Assembly (NCBI GenBank): GCA_963725905.1 | Contig: CAVSAG010000002.1 | Span: 804,962 to 868,961, forward strand | Direction: 5' to 3' | DNA from: an uncultured Pseudomonadota bacterium | GTDB lineage: Bacteria; Myxococcota_A; Polyangia; Fen-1088 | DNA length: 64,000 bases | Shown: positions 47,957-57,757 of the stretch, piece by piece | How positions within the stretch are numbered: position 1 is the first letter of the stretch | Layout of the letters: every line of letters starts with the position of its first letter | Made by a program: the position numbers and the translations under genes | Notes under the pieces: model-generated | What the model saw: the letters and a program-made list of their open reading frames with translations, nothing else | The model's database searches: none | Told to the model about the DNA's origin: nothing

Positions 47957-49159
47957 ATGAGGAAGCTCAGCTCGTTGGTCGGTTCGTCGCTTTTGGGACT
48001 CGCGTTGGGAGCGGCGGCCTGCGCGGGCCCGGCCGCGGTATCGATGAAGCCGGTGGTGGTCGTTCCGGCCACCGGCCCGCATGCACCGGACGTGAACCCG
48101 TTCGCGGGCGCGAAGCTCTACGTGAACCCGAGCTACACGGCGATGGTCGAGGGGCTGGCGGCAAAGCACCCCGAATCGGCTGACAAGCTCAAGAAGCTCG
48201 GCGCCTATTCGACCGCCATCTGGATGAGCAAGATCGCCGACCTCCCGAAGATGTCCCAGTACCTGGCCGACGCCGAGGCGCAGCAGACCGCGGGCGGCAA
48301 GCCGGTGGTCCCGGTGTTCGTCGTCTACAACATGCCCGGCCGCGACTGCGCCGCCGCGGCCTCGGCCGGCGAGCTGCCGCCCAACGAGACCGGCGAGGCG
48401 CGCTACCAGAAGGAATACATCGACGTCGTCGCGGCGGCGCTGGCGGCGCACCCCAAGGTGAACACGGCGCTGATCCTGGAGCCCGACTCGCTGGGCAACC
48501 TGGTGACCAACCTCGAGAAGCCGAACTGCGCCGTCGCCGAGCCGATCTACAAGCGGGCGATCGCCTACGCCATCGCCAAGCTGTCGCTGCCGAACGCCTT
48601 CATCTACGTCGACGCCGCGCACGCCGGCTGGCTCGGCTGGCCGCGCAACATCGTCAAGAGCTACACCCTCTACAAAGAGGTGCTGACGATGGCGGGCGGT
48701 CCCGATCGCATCCGGGGCTTCGCCACCGACGTCTCGAACTACAATCCGTCCAAGGATCCGACTGCGCCCAAGCGCGATCCAGCCGCAGCCCCCAACGACG
48801 AGCTCGGCTACATTCAGGATCTGGCCAAGGGGTTGCCGTCGGTCGGGATCACCGGCAAGGCATTCGTCATCGACACCGCGCGCGACGGCGTCCCCAACAT
48901 CCGGACGGAGCCGGGCAACTGGTGCAACATCAAGGGGGCGGGCCTCGGCGAGCGCCCGCAGGCCTCACCCGAGCCGAACGTCGACGCCTACCTCTGGATC
49001 AAGCCCCCGGGCGAATCGGACGGCACCGCCGACACCAAGGCGGCGCGCTTCGACGCGAACTGCGTCTCCGACGACGCCGCGCCCGGCGCTCCGGAGGCGG
49101 GAGACCTGTTCGAGCCGTATCTGCTCGACCTCGTCAAAAACGCCAAACCACCGCTCTAG
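47957..49159 (+). CDS. glycoside hydrolase family 6 (second copy)
   Basis: VVYNMPGRDCAAAAS, LILEPDSLGNL, YVDAAHAGW, YLWIKPPGESDG; signal MRKLSSLVGSSLLGLALGAAACAG. Confidence 0.85.
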   Translation: MRKLSSLVGSSLLGLALGAAACAGPAAVSMKPVVVVPATGPHAPDVNPFAGAKLYVNPSYTAMVEGLAAKHPESADKLKKLGAYSTAIWMSKIADLPKMSQYLADAEAQQTAGGKPVVPVFVVYNMPGRDCAAAASAGELPPNETGEARYQKEYIDVVAAALAAHPKVNTALILEPDSLGNLVTNLEKPNCAVAEPIYKRAIAYAIAKLSLPNAFIYVDAAHAGWLGWPRNIVKSYTLYKEVLTMAGGPDRIRGFATDVSNYNPSKDPTAPKRDPAAAPNDELGYIQDLAKGLPSVGITGKAFVIDTARDGVPNIRTEPGNWCNIKGAGLGERPQASPEPNVDAYLWIKPPGESDGTADTKAARFDANCVSDDAAPGAPEAGDLFEPYLLDLVKNAKPPL

Positions 49160-49165
49160 TCCCTC

Positions 49166-49633
49166 TCACGAGTAGAGCTTCGGGGGCGCGCCTGGCTCCG
49201 CCGGGTGCCAGGCGCGGGGCTGGATGCCGAAACGGGACAGGCAGGTCTCGAGGTGGCAGGCGTGATCCTCGATGATCCGGCACTTCTCGTCGTGGCAGAG
49301 GCCGGTGCAGGGGCCGTCGACCAGCGCCAGCACGGTCGCCCGGAACAGCAGCAGCTTGCGCCGCTGTTCGATCGGCAGGTCTTGATAGTCGACCTTGAAG
49401 AGGGCGCCGGGCGAGTCGAGGGGGTGCCCGTGCCGGGTCAGGACGTCGTGGAGGCGGGCGCTGGTGCTGGCCGCGCCGCACAGGACGGCCTCGACGCCGA
49501 GGAGAACCTCCTGCCGCAGCTGGGGCGGCGCCTCGTCCCAGTCGGGCAGCACCTGCTCGCCGAGCGCGCGCGCGTAGACCCGGCGCGCCTCGTACGCGAC
49601 GCGCGCGATGGCCGTCGGCTCGACGCCGCTCAT
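49166..49633 (-). CDS. hypothetical protein with C-terminal Cys/His cluster (CTGLCHDEKCRIIEDHACHLETC)
   Basis: 155 aa; ATGA start-stop overlap with the upstream lipoprotein gene (translational coupling). Confidence 0.55.
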   Translation of the reverse strand: MSGVEPTAIARVAYEARRVYARALGEQVLPDWDEAPPQLRQEVLLGVEAVLCGAASTSARLHDVLTRHGHPLDSPGALFKVDYQDLPIEQRRKLLLFRATVLALVDGPCTGLCHDEKCRIIEDHACHLETCLSRFGIQPRAWHPAEPGAPPKLYS

Positions 49634-50004
49634 TGCAACGCCCACAGGTTGCCGCCTTCCCCCGCGAAGGCGTGCCACAGAACGACGGCCGGCCCGCCGC
49701 TGGCCACGGCGCAGAGCTCCTGCTTGGCGCCCACCTCGATGTGCGCGCGGGTCAACACCTCCTGGGCGTACGATGCGTCCTTGCAGTCGCGATCGTCGCC
49801 GTGGACGCGATCGACCAGGAACAGCGAGACCGGACGCGGTCCGTCGACGCTGGCGTGGACCGTCTCCGGCCCCGCTACCAGCATCTGTCCGCTCTCTGCC
49901 ACCCGCGCTGAGCCACGCAGCTCCGTCGCCGCGCTGCGCACCGCGCCGCCATGCGCGCACCCGGCGGCCATCGCCAGCCCCAACGCCATCAACGTCAACT
50001 TCAT
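49630..50004 (-). CDS. small lipoprotein (paralog of 51504..51965)
   Basis: MKLTLMALGLAMAAGCAHGG; shares ELRGS...D-DC...C-VA pattern with the lipoprotein 1.5 kb away. Confidence 0.55.
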   Translation of the reverse strand: MKLTLMALGLAMAAGCAHGGAVRSAATELRGSARVAESGQMLVAGPETVHASVDGPRPVSLFLVDRVHGDDRDCKDASYAQEVLTRAHIEVGAKQELCAVASGGPAVVLWHAFAGEGGNLWALQ

Positions 50005-50159
50005 GACCTCTCCTTTTGTTCCGTGGTGGTTCATCCGTCGCCTTCGCACCCACTACGGCGGGGGCCGCGGAAAATTTCTCGCGAAGAACGTTTTTTTTTT
50101 CGTAGCAGCGGGTGAGATAATTTTTCGCCGGCGGAGAAACTCCGCTCCAGCAGAGCCGT

Positions 50160-50783
50160 ATGACGGACAACATGCTGAGCAAAGCCGGGGAGGCTGGCGG
50201 GGCGGGCGGGATGAACGCCGACCAGGCGATGAGCCAGTACGCCCAGGGGGACGTGGGGGCGTTCGAGATCGTCTATGAAGTGGTCGCCCCGCGCATCGAA
50301 GGCTACGTGCGCCGCAAGGTGCGTGACAGCGCGCGCGTCGAGGACATCGTGCAGCAGACCTTCGAGAACATGCACAGGGCACGCGGCACGTTCGTCCCCG
50401 GCTCGGACGTCCTCAACTGGGCGTTCGCGATCGCGCGCAACCTGGTGATCGACACGGGCAAAAAGGCCGGGCGCGAGACCTCGTCGGACCTGTCCGCCGA
50501 GAACGACGGGATGGGCGCGGTGCTGGCGGCCGCGGTGGCGGGCGGCGAGGAGCTTTTCCTGGCGCGCGAAACCGGCGCGCTGCTGGTCCGCACCTACGAG
50601 GGGCTCACCAAGCTGCAGCAGGAGGTGTTCGAGCTGGTGAAGCTCGAGGGGCTGTCGTACCAGCAGGCGGCGGCCACGCTGGGGATCACCGTTCCCAGCG
50701 TCCGCATGTACGCCCACCGCGCGTACGTGAGCTTGCGCGAGGCGGTCGGCGAAAATTTGCCGGCGGTCGCGGTTCCAGGGTGA
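50160..50783 (+). CDS. ECF-subfamily RNA polymerase sigma-70 factor
   Basis: Sigma region 2 (FEIVYEVVAPRIEGYVRRKV...AEDIVQQTF) and region 4 (LTKLQQEVFELVKLEGLSYQQAAATLGITVPSVRMYAHRA). Confidence 0.85.
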   Translation: MTDNMLSKAGEAGGAGGMNADQAMSQYAQGDVGAFEIVYEVVAPRIEGYVRRKVRDSARVEDIVQQTFENMHRARGTFVPGSDVLNWAFAIARNLVIDTGKKAGRETSSDLSAENDGMGAVLAAAVAGGEELFLARETGALLVRTYEGLTKLQQEVFELVKLEGLSYQQAAATLGITVPSVRMYAHRAYVSLREAVGENLPAVAVPG

Positions 50784-50840
50784 CGACGACGACGACGGCG
50801 ACGACGACCTGCTACGCTAACCCATTCGAAGGGATCCCCC

Positions 50841-51494
50841 GTGCCCCTCTCTCCTGAATTCAAGAGCCGCGTCCTCGCCTCCGTGCGCGAGGTGCCGGCC
50901 CCGACCCGCAAGGAGACGCTGAGGCGGCAGACCTGGCTGTTCGCGGCCGGGCTGGCCGGGGCGCTGGCGCTGTTCTTCATCAAGGGTGGCCTCCGCGCGA
51001 CGAATCGGCCGCCGTCGCTCATCGCGCTGACCAGCCTCGGCACGGCCGTTTGCGTGGGGATCGGGATGTGGTTGCTGTTCACGCGCGCGCCGGGCGGGCT
51101 GCGCCGGCCCTGGACGGTGCTGCTCGGCGCCGCCGTCCTCTCGACGATCGGCTTCGTCACCTGGCGCTGGGGCGTGAGCGCCCTCTACGATCGTGCCGGG
51201 GCCTGGCCGGGGCGGGTGGGGTTCCGCTGTCTGTCGCTCGGCGTCGGGACCGGCGGCCTCATGCTGTTCGCCGCGCTCATGTGCTGGCGGCGGAGCGAGC
51301 CGGTCACGCCGCGCGCGACGGGCGCCGCGTTCGGCGCCGGGGCCGGCCTCGGCAGCGCGTTTCTGGTCGACCTCTGGTGCCCGGTGGCGTACGTGCCGCA
51401 CCTGCTGCTGGGGCACGTCCTCCCCATCGTCATCCTCTCGCTGGCGGGGGCGCTCATCGGCGGGCGCGTGCTCGGCATGTTCCGCCGCCGCTGA
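50841..51494 (+). CDS. anti-sigma factor, NrsF/DUF1109 family (6 TM)
   Basis: Membrane protein directly downstream of the ECF sigma gene; topology and size match DUF1109 anti-sigma factors. Confidence 0.65.
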   Translation: MPLSPEFKSRVLASVREVPAPTRKETLRRQTWLFAAGLAGALALFFIKGGLRATNRPPSLIALTSLGTAVCVGIGMWLLFTRAPGGLRRPWTVLLGAAVLSTIGFVTWRWGVSALYDRAGAWPGRVGFRCLSLGVGTGGLMLFAALMCWRRSEPVTPRATGAAFGAGAGLGSAFLVDLWCPVAYVPHLLLGHVLPIVILSLAGALIGGRVLGMFRRR

Positions 51495-51503
51495 GCGACG
51501 AGC

Positions 51504-51965
51504 TCAGCGCGCGGCGCTGAAGGCCATCGCCGGCGCGAGCGGCAGGGCGCGGTCGCTGGGCGTCGCGTGCCAGGAGACGCTGACGGTGCGGGCGGCGGCC
51601 GCCGGCGCGGCGACCAGGCAGACCACCTCGCCCGGGCCGACGTCGGCATCGATCGGGTTTGGGCGGCGCCCGTGCAGGGAGAGGCGCATCAGCGCCGGCC
51701 CGGCGCAGTCGGCGTCGGTCCCGTCGTGGCGGGCGACGCTGTAGAGCTCGACCGTCCCCCGACTGTCGTAGTCGACGTGAAGCAGGTGCAACGGCCCGGC
51801 GAGCGCGGACCGCGCCTGGGCGCCGCTCACCACGACGCTCCCGCGCAGCTCGCGCTCGCCCGACCGCGCCCCCCTCTGGGTGCCCGCCGTGGCACATCCC
51901 GCCGTCAGGCTGGCCAGCCCGCCCGCCATCCCGATCGCCCTGGTCCAGCTCCCCCGACGCTTCAT
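51504..51965 (-). CDS. small lipoprotein (paralog of 49630..50004)
   Basis: MKRRGSWTRAIGMAGGLASLTAGC lipobox; conserved RELRGSVVV...DADC...VVCLVA. Confidence 0.55.
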   Translation of the reverse strand: MKRRGSWTRAIGMAGGLASLTAGCATAGTQRGARSGERELRGSVVVSGAQARSALAGPLHLLHVDYDSRGTVELYSVARHDGTDADCAGPALMRLSLHGRRPNPIDADVGPGEVVCLVAAPAAAARTVSVSWHATPSDRALPLAPAMAFSAAR

Positions 51966-52063
51966 TTTTCCGTCTCCTCTTGCCCAGGGGATACAGGCGC
52001 GGGGGGCGATCGTTTCTCGCCGTCCGGCATTTTTTTGCCGGGCCGCGGGGCAGGGTGGTTCGG

Positions 52064-53287
52064 ATGGTGCTAAACCGGGAGAAATTGTCGAACGGGAACG
52101 AGCCCAAGCGCAGGATTGGCCCCCGGCGGCGCAGCCGGTTCGTGGTCATGGTTCTGCTCATCGCGGTCGGGATCCAGACGCCGCTCGTGGTGGCGTTGGG
52201 GCATCTGAGCCGCCACCCTGGCGCGGTGCTTGCGCTGGCGGCCGCGATCACCGGCGGTTTCCTGGCCACCTTGTTCGGCGGGCGGAGCGCCTGGGGGGCG
52301 CCGGGGCGGCTGCGTCTCTACCTCTGCCTCTGGCCATTCTTCATCTGGTGGACGCTGGGCCTGCTCTACGCCGCGCTGGCGCCGCTCGGTTACCTGGTGG
52401 CGGCGGTGGCGCACGCGCCCACCAACGACGGCTGGGCCTTCGCGCTGGGCGCCGCTTGCATCGGGACGGTGGCCGCCTTCGTGGGCCGCCCGCGGATCCG
52501 CCACCACGAGATCGCGATCTCCGGCCTGCCGGCGGCGTTCGACGGCTACCGGATCGCGCAGATCTCCGACCTGCACTGCGGCCCGTTCGCCGGCGGCGCG
52601 CGCGTCGATCGCTGGGTCGCCGAGGTCAACCGCCTCGACGCTGATCTGGTGGCGGTCACGGGCGATCTCATCGCCAGCGGCTCGACCTTCGTGCCGGTCG
52701 TGGCGGCGTCGCTCGGCAAGCTGCGCGCGCGCGACGGCGTCTACGCCTGCATGGGGAACCACGACTACTTCGCCGAGGGCGAGGAGATGGCGGTCGCGCT
52801 CGAGCGGTCGGGGCTGACGCTGTTGCGCAACCGCGGCGTCGAGCTCCGGCGTGCGGACGCCTGCCTCTACCTCGCCGGCGTCGACGATACCTGGACCAAG
52901 CGCGACGATCTCGACGCGGCGCTGGCCGAACGCCCCGCCGGCGCGCCGGTCCTGCTCTTGGCGCACGATCCGGCGCTGTTCCCCGACGCCGCCCGGCGCG
53001 GTGTGGCGCTCACGCTCTCCGGGCACACGCACGGTGGCCAGCTGGGCGTGCCGTTCTTCGCCAAGCGCTTCAATCTGGCGCGCTCGATCACCCGCTTCAC
53101 CACGGGCCTCTATCAGATCGACGCGGCCACGCTGTTCGTGACGCGCGGCCTCGGGACGACGGGGCTGCCGATCCGCCTCTCGGTCCCCTCCGAGATCGCG
53201 GTGCTGACGCTCCGGCGTATCGCCACGGAAGCGCCGGCGCGCCAGCCCGCCGACCTCGCGGTGCCGGGCAAGATGGCCCAGGCCTGA
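52064..53287 (+). CDS. membrane-anchored metallophosphoesterase
   Basis: Four TM helices then IAQISDLHCG...VAVTGDLI...GNHDYF...GHTHGGQ; ATG at 52064. Confidence 0.8.
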   Translation: MVLNREKLSNGNEPKRRIGPRRRSRFVVMVLLIAVGIQTPLVVALGHLSRHPGAVLALAAAITGGFLATLFGGRSAWGAPGRLRLYLCLWPFFIWWTLGLLYAALAPLGYLVAAVAHAPTNDGWAFALGAACIGTVAAFVGRPRIRHHEIAISGLPAAFDGYRIAQISDLHCGPFAGGARVDRWVAEVNRLDADLVAVTGDLIASGSTFVPVVAASLGKLRARDGVYACMGNHDYFAEGEEMAVALERSGLTLLRNRGVELRRADACLYLAGVDDTWTKRDDLDAALAERPAGAPVLLLAHDPALFPDAARRGVALTLSGHTHGGQLGVPFFAKRFNLARSITRFTTGLYQIDAATLFVTRGLGTTGLPIRLSVPSEIAVLTLRRIATEAPARQPADLAVPGKMAQA

Positions 53288-53299
53288 CTCGCTCCTCGC

Positions 53300-54124
53300 T
53301 CAGCCCGCCTGAAGCTTGAAGTCGAATCCGATGCGCGGTGGCTCGCGGTCGGGATCGCACCGGTAGCGCGCGAAGTCGGTCACCCCCTCGGCGCGCAGGA
53401 AGTCCTCGTCGATGAGCGCCTGCCCGGTCAGCGCGTCGGGCGGCTTCGCGAACATCGCCACCATCGCGTCGGCCACGATCTCGGGCGTCCGCCACATCGA
53501 CCGATCGCCGAGGCCCCAGCGGATGGTCGCCTGGCTCTCGATCATCGTCGCCGGCCACAGAGCGTTCGCCGCCACCCCGCGCCCGCGCACCTCCTCCGCG
53601 ACCCCCTGCGCGACCAGCGTCATCCCGAACTTGCTGAGCGCATAGGCGACCTTGCCGGCGCCGGCGCGCGCGTCGACCGGCGGCGACAGCATCAGGATGT
53701 GCCCGAACCCGCGCGCCAGCATCGAGGGCAGCAGGTGGCGCGTGCAGGCGAAGGCTCCGCGCGCATTGACCGACATGACCAGATCGAACCGCTTCATCTC
53801 CGTCTCGGCGACCGATCGCCAGTAGAGCGCGCCCGCGTTGTTGACCAGGAAGTCGACCTGCCCGAACTTCTCGAGCGCCAGGCGCGCCGCCCGCTCGACC
53901 GCCGCGTCGTCGCGCACGTCCATCGCCACCGGCAGCGCGCGCCGCCCGAGCGCCTCGATCTCCCGCGCCGTCTCGTCGATCGTCCCCGGCAGCTTCGGAT
54001 CGGGCGCCACGGTCTTCGCCGCCACGACCACGTCGCACCCCTCGGCGGCCAGCCGGAGCGCCAGCGCCTTGCCGACGCCGCGCGACGCCCCGGTGACGAA
54101 CGCGACGCGCTTGGGGAACTTCAT
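53300..54124 (-). CDS. SDR-family short-chain dehydrogenase/reductase
   Basis: VAFVTGASRGVGKALA (TGxxxGxG)...NNAG...YALSKFG (YxxxK). Confidence 0.85.
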   Translation of the reverse strand: MKFPKRVAFVTGASRGVGKALALRLAAEGCDVVVAAKTVAPDPKLPGTIDETAREIEALGRRALPVAMDVRDDAAVERAARLALEKFGQVDFLVNNAGALYWRSVAETEMKRFDLVMSVNARGAFACTRHLLPSMLARGFGHILMLSPPVDARAGAGKVAYALSKFGMTLVAQGVAEEVRGRGVAANALWPATMIESQATIRWGLGDRSMWRTPEIVADAMVAMFAKPPDALTGQALIDEDFLRAEGVTDFARYRCDPDREPPRIGFDFKLQAG

Positions 54125-54159
54125 GCCCGCACTCTATCGCGCTTCGGTACAATCAGCCG

Positions 54160-54783
54160 GTGCGTGTTCGATCTCGGGTGCCGCGACCGCCGGTGGTCGT
54201 GTCGGCGGTCCTGTTCGCGGTCATTTCGGGGGTCATTCCGCTGCTCCTGAGCGGCTGCGCGGAGTACACGCCTGGCCTCCGGGCGACCGACCCGTACTCG
54301 CCCCAGAGCGCCTACGTCTACGGCCGCTTCTTCATCGACGCCGAGTCGAAGACGCTGGCGCTGGATGGACATCAGTCGATGGGATTCTCGGTTCGCTGCC
54401 GCGACGGCAACCGCTACGTCCTGCGCTTCTCCGCCCAGAGCCCGCTGCAGGTCATCCGGGTGGCGCCTTCCGTCTGCCAGATCGATGAGATCATCTACAC
54501 CGCCGCCTCCGGCACCACGCTCGGCCGCAAGCTGCCGCCGTTCCGCCTGCTCGAAAACGAATCCCTCGCTGCGGGCGGCGTCTACTACGTGGGCGACTTC
54601 TTCGCCCGCGGAACCAGCAAGTCGACCTACAACGGCCTCCGCGGCGAGATCAACTGGGACTGGCGCCTCACCGGCACCACCGACAATTACGACACGACGA
54701 CCGACCAGCTGAAACGCCGCTTCCCGAGCTTCGCCTCCGCCGCGACCGAAAACCGTATGACCCACGGCGCGAACGTCTACTGA
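54160..54783 (+). CDS. hypothetical lipoprotein
   Basis: VLFAVISGVIPLLLSGCAEY lipobox. Confidence 0.55.
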   Translation: MRVRSRVPRPPVVVSAVLFAVISGVIPLLLSGCAEYTPGLRATDPYSPQSAYVYGRFFIDAESKTLALDGHQSMGFSVRCRDGNRYVLRFSAQSPLQVIRVAPSVCQIDEIIYTAASGTTLGRKLPPFRLLENESLAAGGVYYVGDFFARGTSKSTYNGLRGEINWDWRLTGTTDNYDTTTDQLKRRFPSFASAATENRMTHGANVY

Positions 54784-54826
54784 GCGGGCGGTGGCAAACA
54801 TACGGGATCCACCGTAGCCTCCAGGC

Positions 54827-55252
54827 GTGACCACGGAAGCCGCCGCACCCGCACCTGCACCCGCCCCGCCGCAGACCTTTTTTCGCCGCCACCGGTGGAA
54901 GATCATCTTGTTTGGATTTCTCGCCGTCGTCGTCGGTGCAGGCGCGCTCTGGACGCTCATCACGCTGACGTTCAGCTACTCGGACGGCGATCGGATCGGC
55001 TACGTCCAGAAGTTTTCTCGCCGCGGGTGGGTGTGTCGGACGTGGGAGGGCGAGCTGGCCATGACGCCGGTCCCGGGCGTGCAGCCGCAGATCTTCAGTT
55101 TCACCATCCGGGACGAGGCCGTCGCCAAGCGGGTCAAGGATGCCGAAGGAAAGCGCGTCGCGATCCACTACAAGGAGAAGCGCGGCGTCCCCAGCTCGTG
55201 CTTCGGCGACACGAGCTACTTCATCTCCGACGTCCGCCTGCTCGGGCAGTAG
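54827..55252 (+). CDS. hypothetical membrane-anchored protein
   Basis: Pro/Ala-rich N-terminus, one TM helix (WKIILFGFLAVVVGAGALWTLITL), soluble beta-rich C-terminal domain. Confidence 0.5.
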   Translation: MTTEAAAPAPAPAPPQTFFRRHRWKIILFGFLAVVVGAGALWTLITLTFSYSDGDRIGYVQKFSRRGWVCRTWEGELAMTPVPGVQPQIFSFTIRDEAVAKRVKDAEGKRVAIHYKEKRGVPSSCFGDTSYFISDVRLLGQ

Positions 55253-55332
55253 CTACTTCTTTCGAGCGGCCGCCCGCGCTGACCTTCTACCTGAGCCGCG
55301 CCGCGCGCTGGCCGTTCCCGTCGGGAGGGGAG

Positions 55333-55362
55333 TTGACGGATGCCGGACCGGTAGCGTAAGAA
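55333..55362 (+). promoter_or_regulatory. candidate promoter for tRNA-Thr (TTGACG - 18 bp - TAAGAA)
   Basis: Consensus-like -35 with an acceptable -10, about 19 nt upstream of the tRNA 5' end. Confidence 0.3.
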
Positions 55363-55381
55363 CCGGTGCCTCGTCGCAGTC

Positions 55382-55453
<72 letters not shown>

Positions 55454-55644
55454 CAAGAGTTTTCATCTCGCGAGCTTGGTGGATCCGTCCCTCGGTTAGT
55501 TCGGCTTCGGTTTCACCGTCGACTTGACCTCGCCCGAGCGCGCCATCGCCACGGTGGCGCGCCGGCGCGCCTCCATGACCCGCCGACGGACCTCTCTCGC
55601 CGAGGCGATCTCCACCGAGCATCGACCGCAGCGCAGGGGGCCGA

Positions 55645-55878
55645 TCACTTCGGCTGAACCACCCGGATGGTCTGGATCGCCGAGCACAGGACCATCACGT
55701 CGTGGGTGTCGACGTCAGATTGCTCGGGTCGCAGGATGACGTACGTGTTGGTCGGAGTTCCGACGACGAAGCCGCGTTCCTTCTGGCCGCCGTGGAGCAG
55801 CAGCTCCGCCATGCGCTTGGAGCCCTTCAGTGCTTCGAACGTCGTCTGAAGGGTTCCGCTCGCTCCCAATAGGGACAT
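55645..55878 (-). CDS. Sm-like (Hfq/LSm-fold) small protein candidate
   Basis: 77 aa. AELLLHGGQKERGFVVGTPTNTYVIL (Sm1-like) and AIQTIRVV (Sm2-like). Strong GC3 bias. Identity by pattern only. Confidence 0.45.
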   Translation of the reverse strand: MSLLGASGTLQTTFEALKGSKRMAELLLHGGQKERGFVVGTPTNTYVILRPEQSDVDTHDVMVLCSAIQTIRVVQPK

Positions 55879-56045
55879 GTGTGGTGTTTCCTCGTTGCAT
55901 GGGTGTCGTTGCTCCCACCGTGGGGTGGCCGATCGTCCCGCCGACCCGTGGCGGTGTCAACGACGCGGAAGGCCGGACGATGCGCAGATCGAGAAAATTA
56001 GCCTTGCGCCGCCGGTGGGCAATCATCGGGGAACAGGAGGCGCAG

Positions 56046-56300
56046 ATGCTCTCAAATGCCGCACTCGAGATGATGAAGCACATCGCCAGTCTCTACCTCT
56101 CGAAGCATCACGCGAGTCACCGGGGGTGGTCGTTCGAGCGGCCCGCGCGCGACAGGGTCTTCCCGGAGTTGGCGCACGGGCACGGGCTCATCGTGCGCGC
56201 GGTGGGCGAGGGGCGCGTGGAGCGCTACCGGTTGACCGACTTCGGCTACCGCTGGGTCATGGCCTACCGGGACGTGGCCGTCGCGGACGCGGCCTACTAG
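56046..56300 (+). CDS. small winged-helix-like hypothetical protein
   Basis: Perfect AGGAGG RBS 9 nt upstream of ATG 56046; LIVRAVGEGRVERYRLTDFG wing-like segment. Confidence 0.5.
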   Translation: MLSNAALEMMKHIASLYLSKHHASHRGWSFERPARDRVFPELAHGHGLIVRAVGEGRVERYRLTDFGYRWVMAYRDVAVADAAY

Positions 56301-56961
56301 CGCGGTTTTGCCCGCGGACTGAAGCTGCCGGCGATCGCCGCCGCGAGCTCGTCTATGTAGCGCGCGAACGGGAGCTTCATCGCGTCTCGGCGCCTTCCAG
56401 CTCACCGGCCATGGTGGCGTAGCCGATGGCGGCCAGGTGGAGGGCGACCGCGAGGGTGCGGGCCTCGAGGTGGCGCGGGAAGCGGGGGTCGGCGCGCAGC
56501 TTGGCTTCCAGGGCGGCGTACATCCGGGCGGTCGCGGGGTAGAGGCGGGCCGGCGCTCCGCCGGGCGCAGGGTCTCCTTGGCGCCAGGGACGACCTGCGC
56601 GCGCACGTAGATCAGGCGGAAGCGCTCGAGGTCGGCCAGGTGAAAGGCGAGGTTGCCGCGCAGGAAGCGTCGGACGGCGTCGGCGGCCGAGCGCGCGGGG
56701 GCGACGGCGGCGATCATCGCGTCTGCCTCCTCGACGACGCCGAGCAGGGCCAGCTCGACGAACAGGCGGTCCTTGGAAGGGAAGTGGTAGAGGACGGCCT
56801 GCTTCGTCAGCCCGAGGCGCCGGCGACGTGATCGAGCGTCAGATCCTGGCCGTGCTGCGCCAGCATGGCGCGGGTGGCGGCCACGATGCGGGTGCGGGTC
56901 TGGCGCCGCGGGCCACGCGGGCGTCGTGGATCGGCAGGCGGAGCTTCAGGCGGCTCTTCAT
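56297..56961 (-). pseudogene. TetR-family regulator broken by at least 4 frameshifts
   Basis: TetR HTH RTRIVAATRAMLAQHGQDLTLDHVAGASG. C-terminal domain pieces (MIAAVAPARSAADAVRRFLRGNLAFHLADLERFRLIYVRAQVVPGAKETLRP; ARLYPATARMYAALEAKLRADPRF...LHLAAIGYATMAGELEG; MKLPFARYIDELAAAIAGSF) in three different frames. Confidence 0.5.
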
Positions 56962-57034
56962 GGTTGACTGCAATATTTACCTGAGGTAAGTAACTTACCG
57001 CAAGTAAGTTTGTTGCCGCACGACGGAGGACCCG

Positions 57035-57741
57035 ATGCCCGAGACGATCGACCCCATCCGGATCTACTCGTTCCCGCCCGGCTACGGGTTGCCGACGACC
57101 GGCCCGCTCTCGCTGAAGCTGATGATGGCGCTGCGCATGGCCGGGATCCCCTACCAGCTTCAGCTCGGCGATCTGCAAGAAGAGCCCCAAGCGGAAGATC
57201 CCCTGGATCGAGGCGGGGACGACGGTCATGGGGGACAGCGCGCTGGTTCTGCGGTGGCTGGCGGAGACCCGCGACGTCGATCTCGAGCGCGGTCTGCCGC
57301 CGCTACGAGCGGGCGCAGGGGCTGGCGCTGCGCGTGCTGCTGGAGGAGCACTGGCACCAGGTGTTCGAGTACGAGCTGATCCTGCACGCCGACGGGCGCT
57401 GGCGCCCGGTTGGGCGCCGGCGATGCAGGAGCATTTCCGCGCGCACCTCTACGAGCGCGGGATGCTCCGCCACACGCCCGAGGAGATCACGGCGTTCGGC
57501 AAGCAGGATCTCGACGCCGTCGCCGCCTGGCTGGACGGTCGGAAGTGGGCGGTCGACGGATCGCCCGACGCTCACCGACTGCACGCTCTGGGGCCTGCTC
57601 GCGCCGGCGATCTTCGCGCCCTTCGAGACGCCCTGCATGTCGCACGCGCGCGCGCTGCCGCCGCTGGTGGCGTTCGTCGAGCGGGCGCGCGCGCGGTTCT
57701 TCCCGGAGATCGCCCCTCCGGCGGTCGTCGCGGCGCGCTGA
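57035..57741 (+). CDS. glutathione S-transferase-like protein; at least 3 frameshifts in this sequence
   Basis: Thioredoxin-like GST N-terminus PIRIYSFPPGYGLPTTGPLSLKLMMALRMAGIPYQLQ. Subsequent conserved segments alternate between the 57010, 57035 and 57228 frames. Confidence 0.5.
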
Positions 57742-57757
57742 GGCGCGGCTCGCGCCG

